NCBI RefSeq assembly: GCF_964204865.1
Contig: NC_135254.1
Span: forward strand, 21,510,199 to 21,525,456
DNA length: 15,258 nucleotides
Reading direction: 5' to 3'
Source: Styela clava
Lineage: Eukaryota
Part shown: positions 1-9,700 of the stretch, piece after piece
Position numbering within the stretch: the first letter of the stretch is position 1
Layout: each line of letters opens with the position of its first letter
Program-made: the position numbers and the translations under genes
Notes under the pieces: model-generated
The model's input: the letters and a program-made list of their open reading frames with translations, nothing else
Told to the model about the DNA's origin: nothing
The model's database searches: none

Positions 1-79
1 ATAATTAAGCCATCTTCTCAGCTTTCCTCTTTCCTCCTCCCAAGATAAATATGTAAATCCTATCATATCCTAATATTTG

Positions 80-91
80 ATATATATATAT
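80..91. repeat. (AT)6 microsatellite
   Basis: atatatatatat read directly. Confidence 0.7.
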
Positions 92-115
92 GTGAGTCTG
101 TTTGCTAGTACTGTA

Positions 116-173
116 GAAATATTGGTTGAAATAAAGGTTGAAATATTGGTTGAAATAAAGGTTGAAATATTTG
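116..173. repeat. 24-bp tandem repeat, about 2.4 copies (gaaatattggttgaaataaaggtt), itself built of two 12-bp half-units
   Basis: Exact copies at 116-139 and 140-163, plus partial gaaatatttg at 164-173. It is the source of the VEILVEIKVEI artefactual ORF at 77..340. Confidence 0.85.
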
Positions 174-561
174 TAATGCAAATGTTTTTTTTATTAGCAA
201 AAGTGGCCCTAATATCAATTGAACAAGAGCTGTTGTTTGCTGCAGCATTAGTCTGCAAATTGGCATTTCATTTTTTGCAATATCTGAGAGATATTGTGCT
301 ACATATTCGTCCTCGATCAAAAAATGATTTGCTGAAGTAAGACAGAGAGGGCTGAACATTTAAGTGAAATCAATAGGTTTCATCTACGATACTAATAAAA
401 AAGATATGAGCGATCCATATGCATGCGCCAGTCTATCAGAAAATCCAAATAGTGGAATGGACTTGGTTCAATAGGCTAATATAATGTATTTACAAATGAA
501 TATGCTATGTATGTACCAAAATATATATTTTTTGTGTTCTTGAGTAGTTTTATTTTTTCAG

Positions 562-796
562 CTGAATATTCTGCATCCAGTGAAATTATTATACATCCTG
601 CAAGATTGACTGATGACGGAGATTTCATTTGTATTGCAAGAAATGTTGCTGGACGAGACACATCAATAACTAGTCTTGATGTTCAGAAGCGACCTACCAT
701 TCAAGATCCAGGATTTGGAAGAGATCTTACTCCATCAAAGGGAACTCATGTCACAATTCCTTGTGTTGCATATGGGGATCCATCTCCCACCATCAG
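562..796 (+). CDS. Exon 1 (in window): C-terminal half of one Ig module and N-terminal half of the next
   Basis: Acceptor ttattttttcAG|ct at 560-561, phase 1 in. Peptide (A)EYSASSEIIIHPARLTDDGDFICIARNVAGRDTSITSLDVQKRPTIQDPGFGRDLTPSKGTHVTIPCVAYGDPSPTI(R). Donor catcag|GTtatt at 797-798, phase 2 out. Confidence 0.75.
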
Positions 797-3700
797 GTTA
801 TTTTACTTCATCAAAAATAGTTTGTTTACATTAGTCATTTGATGGACATACTTATACGTTAATTCCTTCTCTACCTTACATGAATTGAGTTGTTTATATT
901 TTGTAAAATGAGTTGCACAATTGTAATCATTTAAGCGGAAGTTATGAAAATAAAAATATATATTTTTTACTATTTACTTTTTGTATCCACAAAATTCAAT
1001 AACATATTACTGTTACCAACAATTATCTATGAATAGATAACTAATATAGCCAAGTATTTTGTTTCATCTTTGTTCTTTCAACTTGAACATCACTTAACCT
1101 GCACATGAAAATATTTATAAATCATATCACATTGCAGCTGTTGTATGGATGGTTATTAAAATTTTTGTCATAGATGGTTCCATAATGGGGAAGAGCTCAC
1201 TGGTGATGAACTTGATATTGACATTGCAAGTAATGGAAGTTTGCTGTTATATTCTGTTGATGGTGATGACAGTGGTTCATACAAATGCGAAGCTGAAAAT
1301 AACCTGGGTAAAGTTGACATCGAAACAAAAATTACGGTCTACGGTAAGATATTTTTATTTCAGTTATTTCAATGATAAAGTAAAAATTTTGTATAGAAGT
1401 GGATTTTTTATATTTATGTCGCCCAATCATATTGCAAACCATTGCTTTTTGTCTCGCTACCGGTTTTATTCCTTTCAAATGCATGAAGTTGAAGTTTGCC
1501 TGAACTGAATGTACTCTCACTACTGTATCATACTAGTTTTGTGTAGACGAATCTCTGAGACCTCTTTAGTGGTTGCCATTAAACAGAAAGGTCTATAATT
1601 AAGTATATATTCATATAAAAATATATTGATCTCATATTTCAAATCAAGTCTAGTTTTGTTATACAAAAATTTGTGGATTGCTTATTATTTTTAAATCATT
1701 ATGAAGTTGGATATTTTTATGACTATATTCTCGACTTTACATAGAAAATATTGATTATGGTAAAACATATTCGAACCTTTTGCAGAACCGCCAGAGATTA
1801 CTGATGCAGGTGACACCACAAGATTATGGGTTTTTGAAGGACAATCTGTATCAATGTTTTGTTATGCAACTGCTGTACCAAAGCCAACAATTACTTGGTA
1901 TAAAGTAGAATCATCAGACAGGGTAGATATTTTTAATGTATCTCATTTATTTCACTTGAATTGTTATAAAAATCATTATTCAAGAATACATTCGGTTCAT
2001 AACAAGGTACAGTCAGTAGATCTTCTCATCTCTTTTATGTTGATTCCCACAATTAATGTTTCAACTTTTTCAAAATCGAAATTGCAAATATAAATATGTA
2101 TTAGGAAAATAAATTTTGCTCATCTAATCTTAATAGCGACCATTATTTTCAAGCATTTTCTGATCTGTCACTCAGAATTTCAGCTCATTTTGTTGCATTG
2201 TTTAGATTCTGAATAATGAAGTAGACCACATCAATATATTGGGAGATGGAGATATCTTAAACATCACCCGAGCAAGAGTATCTGATACAGGAAGATACTA
2301 TTGTGCTGCAGCTAATGTTGAAGGAAAATCATACAAAGTATGAATTTTTATTTTAAATTATTAGTAAAGCAAATAGTCTGCCTTATTCAAACAAAAGCCT
2401 CATTCCTCAAATATGGAAAAATTTATAAAATGATTTGTTAAAATGTTAGTAAGACCTTTCTTGCTTTCTGCAATGTTTTCTATAAGAATCACATTGATTA
2501 ATTTCTTAATAGCTACTCCATAAGCAGTTTAAAAATATACAGATCTTTGCTCTGGTACAATTAGACAAAAATTATTTTATTTTGATTTTTAAAAACTGTG
2601 TTTGTCTATATCAAGATGTGTGTTTTTTAGTTGATGTGTGAATATGATATATTGATGATATTTGCAAATATGAATTAAATAATATAACCTTGCAAATTAT
2701 TTTTGCTCTTCAGTTCTATGAATTAGACGTTTATGTCCTTCCTTCCATTGATGGCAGTGATGAAGTTGACAGGAGTAAAGTTATTCTTGGTAACGATTTT
2801 ACTCTAGAATGTCCTGTCACTGGAATTCCATTTCCAACTATACGGTGGTTCAAAGGTACAGTTTATTTAAAATCTTTTCTAGGAGACAAAAATAACAGAA
2901 TAGTATTGCATACTTGTTACTTATAGATTTTAATCGGTAAGTATGTTGATAGGTATTCGTCTGTCTGTTTGTCTGTTAGATGCACGCGATATCTCACGAA
3001 AGCGAGATTGAATCTGCTCCAGATTTTGCATGTGCATTCATCATATGTCGTACCAGAAGCCTATTGATTTTGGATGAATTATGTCGTATAATTAGCGAGT
3101 TATTAATTAATTAGTGATGGGACACAAGGTGTCACTATGTAGTAAGAGCGCTGTTTTGGGGGATCCCCTAACTTTCAATCGATAAGTCTTCGGTCTCTGA
3201 TCGATATTCTCGTTTTATTTATTCAAGGATTGCATGAAATATCTGTTGAAGATGAAGGAATGTTGATTGATAATCGTGGACAATCTTTGACTGTTCTTAA
3301 CAGTGAACTTGAACATGATGGAGAATACACTTGTGTGGCTGATAATGCTGTTGGTGAAGCTGACAAAGATTTTGATGTTTCAATTCTTGGTAAATGTTTA
3401 TTTCAACAGTTAATAGTATGTTAGACCAATGTCTCGGTCCAAATTGTCAACTTAGTTCGAGTATGGGATGATTTTCATAACTAGTTCCTCATCTCTGATG
3501 AAGGGAATTGGATGATGCAAATATCTGTAATGAATAATTCCGAGAACCAATCTGGGTGGGGAAAAGTCGAGAAACTCTCTTTTACATAATTATCATATAT
3601 GAAATCTTTTGAATTCACATTCAATGGAAAGCACTCTAACCATAAAATAAAAATAAATAAATAGTAATGACAGATTTATAAGGTTTTTTATGTTTTTCTA

Positions 3701-6700
3701 ATTGCAAATCCCTTGACTTAACTTTTGTATTCAACCAGTAGAATCAACTAGAACTAACTTTATTAGATTTTAATTCTTGTGTTTTCATAATTTTGTTAAA
3801 ACGGTTACCGGTACTTACCGGTTAGTAAAATATTTTGTAAAATAGCAGCATATTTCACAGCATATTAATGGAATCTTTCATTAAAATGTAAAGCATTCAA
3901 ATCTATTTTTCAACACTTTTTCTGTATTTTTTAGTTCCACCAACTATTGCTGGTGATGACATGACACACACCATTCAAGTTACAAGATATCTAGCTATTG
4001 AATGCAGGTACTATTTATTTATTGTTGATGAAAACTAACCAATAGAATGAATATACTTTATAGATTTAATAGCCATTACATTCCTCTGATAATCTTTTAT
4101 TTCTGGATCTGTATTTCTTTTGAATGTGTATAAAACCAAAAAATGGTTTATCTGATATTTCGAATAGAAGCTATGAAGCACAATCGCTTTTCTTGGAATT
4201 ATATTCTTGCATCCATTATTTCCTTTTCACAAATTTAAACTTTTTAAGGATGTTTTATGTTCGAGATCTTTCTTGGCAAGACTATACTATAATTACTATA
4301 AGTTCCTTCAACTGGATTTTGCTTTGATGTTAAATGATTTATAATAATAAATGATTGACTGACTGTTATATTTCATATAATCTTCAGGGCATCTGGCATC
4401 CCAAAACCAACACTTTCTTGGTACAAAGATGGACGAACAGTTGCTATCATAAATAACGATCTTGAAGAAGGTCCTCAAACCCTTGACAATGGACGCTATT
4501 TGGAATTTTCAAGAATTCGGGTTGAAGATGAAGGAGTTTATAAATGCGTAGCAACTAATGAAGCTGGATCAGATGATAAAACACACACTGTCAATGTACA
4601 AGGTGACTATAACATCCTGAAACAATAATAATATATCTGATTTCGTATTGAGTTGGTTTAAGAACGGTGCGGAAAATTCTATTCACGTATATGCTATATA
4701 TTGGATATTTTGAAATTTTATGCATTTTATGCATTTAATCGAGGCAAAATTGTGAGCTCCATAGATTAGAATTGGACTCTATCAAACTAAACGATTGATA
4801 CTCTGTGTTTATTTATTTGTATTTGTGCTTTCATATTTATATTTGTTTTGGTTGACGAATCAATAAATCTCTCTCGATCTTTCTCTCTGATTGGTTGATT
4901 TCCTATTAGTCCTAATATTTGTCACATCCCAGATATATTTGTATGAAGTAGTAAACTCAAGATGAAAGAGTAATTATTATTCAAATATTGCATGCAAAAT
5001 AATATAAGTTTGGCAATCAGATGACAGCGACTGTGATGCATGAAAAATATCAAACATGGACTATTTAATCTTGTGTACTGGTTTACAATATCAAACTCAT
5101 TTTCAGTACCTCCAAAGTTTTCTGGTGATGATATACCTGCAAATGTATCAGTGGTTGAAGGAGAAGATATTACTTTGACATGTTATGCCAGTGGAGATCC
5201 ACCACCTACTATAACTTGGCTCAAAAATGGTGTTTTAATCAAAGATGGAGGACGATTCTCTATATCAGATAGTGGAACATTTTTGACAATAAATAGTATG
5301 GATTTATTTTAAAGCAAAAAGGAATTTTGCTGGAAAGCAAAGTTGTAAGAATTAATCAAGACATTAATTTTGCCATTAATTGAGAAAAGAAGAACTTTAA
5401 ATATTGTAAACACGAAAACATATGGATTTCACACTTTTATATTTTATACTATTTTTTGTATTAGATGCTGCACAATCAGACCGAGGACAGTACACATGCA
5501 GAGCGACTAATGATGTGGGTGTTATAACACAGAACCAATTTCTTGATGTGTTGGTTCCACCACGTATAAGTGGCAACAATGAAAATATTGTCATTGAAAA
5601 AGGAGATCCTGTGGCACTTGATTGTGTGATTTCTGGAAATCCAAAACCTAAAATAAGGTTTGTTTTTTTACCAAAATTATATGATTTTCTCTTTCCTTCA
5701 ATTGTTTTTATTATTATATCAAAGAGAAGGTCATTTAATACTGTTATTTAACTGCGAAATTTGGAACGTTGCAAAAAAAAAAATTTAATATTGAATCAAA
5801 GTAATGACCATATTTTGATGTTTCAATTTTTTTAGTTCACATTGTTCTGCTATTCATATCTTATTGGATAACTAAACTTTATGAGTAGATGGCGAGACTT
5901 ATGGTAGTTGACATCAATAAAACGCTTTCGTTTGGGTACACCCGTAGTATGTGTACCAGGTTCGGGTTAGGACCTAATTTTATTCTGATTTTCCTTATTT
6001 TAGTCCTATTAAGAGTTCGGGGTCTGTCTGTGTTATCCAAGTGAATATACCCCTTGCCCATAGGCTTCAGTCCCTTTACACAATTTGATTTAGAGTAGGA
6101 AAACAAAATTAGTTACCTCCATATTGGTACATATACTTCTGGAGCACCCTAGTTTGTCTTTTAAAATCATCTGAAAAACTGAAATGACAGTAATTTCATT
6201 GACTTTTGAAATGCTTGTGGCTACAAATAGAACAAAATGCATGATATCTATGCATCGTTTTTGTATACGGTATATCATTTTGATTATATCAACATTTGCA
6301 GATGGGAAAAAGATGGCCTACCAGTTTTGGCAAATGATCGAATCAGTTTCGATTTTGATAAACAGAGACTAATTATCAGAAATTCAGATGAAACTGATAC
6401 TGCAAATTATACTTGTACTGCCAGTAACATTATTGGATCAGATTCAAAAGGCTTTAAACTTGATGTGCATGGTTGGTATATACTTCAATATTTTTAGATA
6501 TGGAAATTGATATTATATAAGTAATGTCTTCTTCATTACACAAGATTTAATTTCTATGATTCTTTTATAGTTCCACCTGTTGTAAGGCCTTTTGATCAAG
6601 ATGTTTATGAGGTTATTGAAGGAGAGAAAATTCAAATTACATGTGTAGTCAGTGGAATACCTCAACCAATAGTTAGATGGTTAAGAGATGGAAGTGTGAT

Positions 6701-9700
6701 TGCAAGATCAAAATATTTCAAGGTTGGATATTATGTTGTTGGGATTTATTTGAAATTAATTTGGTATGGGATTAGTTAGCCAGTTATTTGTTTTCGGAAG
6801 CATGGACTTGATGGTGGAGGAAGCTGTAACCGACCAGCGGTTACGTGAACCACCCTATGGTGGCGAGGAGTCCAGCATCCTCTCGCACATCATCATTCCT
6901 GCATGGGATTCGAACCTACGAACCCACGAAGGGTAATCAGAGATGCGTTGGCGAGCGAATTTCTAATGCTTAGCACGATGCGCCACACCGCCGAGGATCT
7001 GATAAGTGGAACAAAATTTAATTTTAAAGTTATTCCACACACACAAAGCATATATTTATTAATATTTAATATTAATATTCACTTCTGAGGATAACATGCA
7101 TTTTCATTATATTTTTGTGTTGCAACAAAGCACATAATCATTCTTGATATTCTTTATTTATAAGAGAGCTAGACTAGAAACACTAATAATATTGTGCCGA
7201 TTCGAATGCACCATGAAACTCAATTTTATTGGATATATACCTATTTAATGTTTTATCTAATATAGGCACATAATATGAATAATAGTTCATCTAATGCAAT
7301 TTTCAGCAATTAAGATTTATTTAGTTTGAATTAACAAATAGATTAAAATTTTATACAAATTTCAAAATATGATCATTTTGCTTCCAATAATTTTACCTCC
7401 TTTTAAGACACACTGTATACTTATAATTTACTTATAATTTCTCCCACTCAAACCTAATACTTTTCTGATTTGTTTGATCTACAGTTGAGAGAAGATGGCC
7501 ACACTCTTGTGATACAAAATGCGGATGTTGGTATACATGAAGGTCGATATACTTGTTCTGCTATAAATGATGCTGGAGAAGATGAACAAGATTTAACTGT
7601 TAGTGTATTGAGTGAGTATATAAGAAAATTTGAAATTTATAATTATGCAGATAAATCAGGATATTTCAAAATATTTCTTCATTCTAATTATATTTGTGAA
7701 TGTTTGAGACTGATAACTTCACCTTACACTGGTAATCATTGTACCATTACCCATTAATACGTAGTGCTTATTATTTGTTTACTTGTTTGTGTGGGGGGGG
7801 GGGGCAGTGCTGCTTTCGCGATGGTTCTTTATTGTTCGTAACAAGCTGATGGAAAGACCTGTGAATGTCTATTTATATCACTATATCTTCATTTTGATCA
7901 TATCTGAAACATAAATATGACATAAATATTGGACATTGTAAATAAGGTCATTGTTTTGTCTATGTTAGTGGTCGGCAACCTTTTTTAAGTGACGGACCGG
8001 TAAAGCCTGACGAAAATTTTGGCGGACCACCTTTTATAGAAACGAACTAAGCTTATGCAATAAATTATACGCGTTAAGAAACTTATGTTGACAATATACT
8101 GAAAAAACGAAAGCCGTGCTATTTAATGCGAGATCTGTATTTATTGGCTGGCAATTAACTGTTCCAATATTGGAGATATGGTCGACATCGACACATGTGA
8201 CGTGTTTCATACAGCCTACTTCGATATTTCCTTTTTTGTAGTTATCAATATTGAAAACCAGGCCTCACATTAATAAGATGTTGGGATAAGTAACAATGCC
8301 TGTAAACCTTCTGTCTCTAGTCTGGGTATTGATTGATGTTTGATTGAACATTTGATTTTACTATTGTTTGTTTTGCCATAACTAATTTTGTACCCGATGT
8401 GTTAACTTATGATTATCCTGGTTCCTGAAGTATAGAATTAGCACTGACTGGTCATGACCGGTTAGCTATGAGCAAGTAGTGGAGTAGTCACTAGTCACGT
8501 TCCTAGCGAGAATCATTTTGTTCGAGAGATCTTATTCCGACTGATGTGAGACTTTCTTATATGGGCGTTGAGGGAACAATTGACCCAGCGTCAATGCGAC
8601 ATAATGACATGGGAATTGTTTGTGAAGTCAGACATGCTGCTGAAATGCGTTATGTTTGTCTGGTTTAGTGCTTTTTTGATCGTAGAGTATGTGGTTAGAT
8701 TGTAGAGGCTTCATTAAGGCCTTGTCCGTTTCTGTGTCACCTCTCTGCGGACCGGTAATAACCTTTCCGCGGACCGGCGATGGGCCGCGGCAGGTGGTTG
8801 CCGACCACTGGTCTATGTTATCTGTTATCAGTTGAGTAATCGTACATTTATATCTGCTTGTGTGACGACTCAAAGTCCCTAATTTTTTGATAAGAATGTT
8901 CTAATTATTCCTAAATTCAGAGACTTCCTATGTTTCATATAATAAATTTGGAATGAATTTGATTATTTGATTCGTTTTTGGCCATTCCTGCTTATAGTGC
9001 AGAATTGGCAAACCACTGACTCATGGTGGTAAAATGACCCACTGCATTTTTTCGCTGACTTGTCAAGTCACGAATTAGTGCTGGAATTCCGTTCCAAACT
9101 CTTTTGAAACAATTGAAAAAATTTTGCCATAACATTACATACGTTTTCCGGTAATTCATATGCACACAAATTTGTGTTTTTGTAAATGAATTTCATGAAA
9201 TCGAGTATCAGAAATCACATTTGTATGATATAAGTGCTGCAAGTGTAAACACAATACTAAACAGTATTAACCGAAGATTATATGACTTGCAGAGAAGATG
9301 TAACAAATTTGCTGTATTTGCTTTGATGACGAATAAACTTCAACATTAGTCACCAGTAATACACACACCACTTGAATCTTGTTAGTAGCAAATTTACCAT
9401 TGCATAAATATACAGAGTAACTTAGCAACATTTCCTAAGATACAAAGTACTTCTTGCAAGCATCTTACCTTATCTTGTTCCTTGTATCAATTGATATCTG
9501 ATAATCTTATGTGCTTTGCTGGGGAATGCCATGGGGAATTATTCATTCAATCAAAAATACATATTTCAATAATATTTAACAAAGCATGTCTATTCTAATT
9601 TAATAATTCTTCTTTTCACAAAGTTCCACCATCAATATATGGGCAAGAAAAAACTGTAAACAAAATAGTGAATGAGGGAAATGAAGTTGGATTGGAATGC

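Larger units (their letters stand above)
7966..8810. mobile_element. Non-autonomous hAT-like DNA transposon (MITE), about 845 bp, inserted in the 2-kb intron between exons 13 and 14
   Basis: The 5' terminus is TAGTGGTCGGCAACC (7966-7980). The 3' terminus is GGTTGCCGACCACTG (8796-8810), the reverse complement with one outermost mismatch, so the termini fit the hAT YARNG rule (TAGTG / CAGTG). It is flanked by a perfect 8-bp direct repeat GTCTATGT (7958-7965 and 8811-8818), the hAT target-site-duplication size. Subterminal GGACCGG / CGGACC motifs recur near both ends (7985-7995, 8021-8030, 8745-8790). The interior has no long ORF. Confidence 0.7.

Noticed and set aside
77-359. Overlapping plus and minus ORFs with repetitive peptides (VEILVEIKVEI / FQPLFQPIFQP)
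   Set aside because: They are produced by translating the 24-bp minisatellite at 116-173 and lie in an intron upstream of exon 1.
1149-1508. Plus-strand ORF of 119 aa overlapping exon 2
   Set aside because: It is in the wrong frame relative to the Ig-encoding frame (RWFHNGEEL...YKCEAENNLG). The real exon is 1174-1343 in the frame starting tgg at 1175.
3781-3830. Palindromic ccggta-rich segment (aacggttaccggtacttaccggttag) as a possible second MITE terminus
   Set aside because: There is no partner inverted repeat or duplication nearby. It shares only the short CCGGTA core with the MITE subterminal repeats, which is insufficient.
6903-7088. Plus-strand ORF of 61 aa (MGFEPTNPRRVIRD...)
   Set aside because: It is the tRNA/SINE-like insertion read in a protein frame (GFEPT comes from gggattcgaacc), so it is not coding.
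8628-8873. Minus-strand ORF of 81 aa (MSRHTSRYKCTITQ...)
   Set aside because: It lies across the 3' inverted repeat of the hAT-like MITE and its flank. It has no domain-like sequence and is an artefact of GC-rich TE sequence with TTG/GTG starts allowed.
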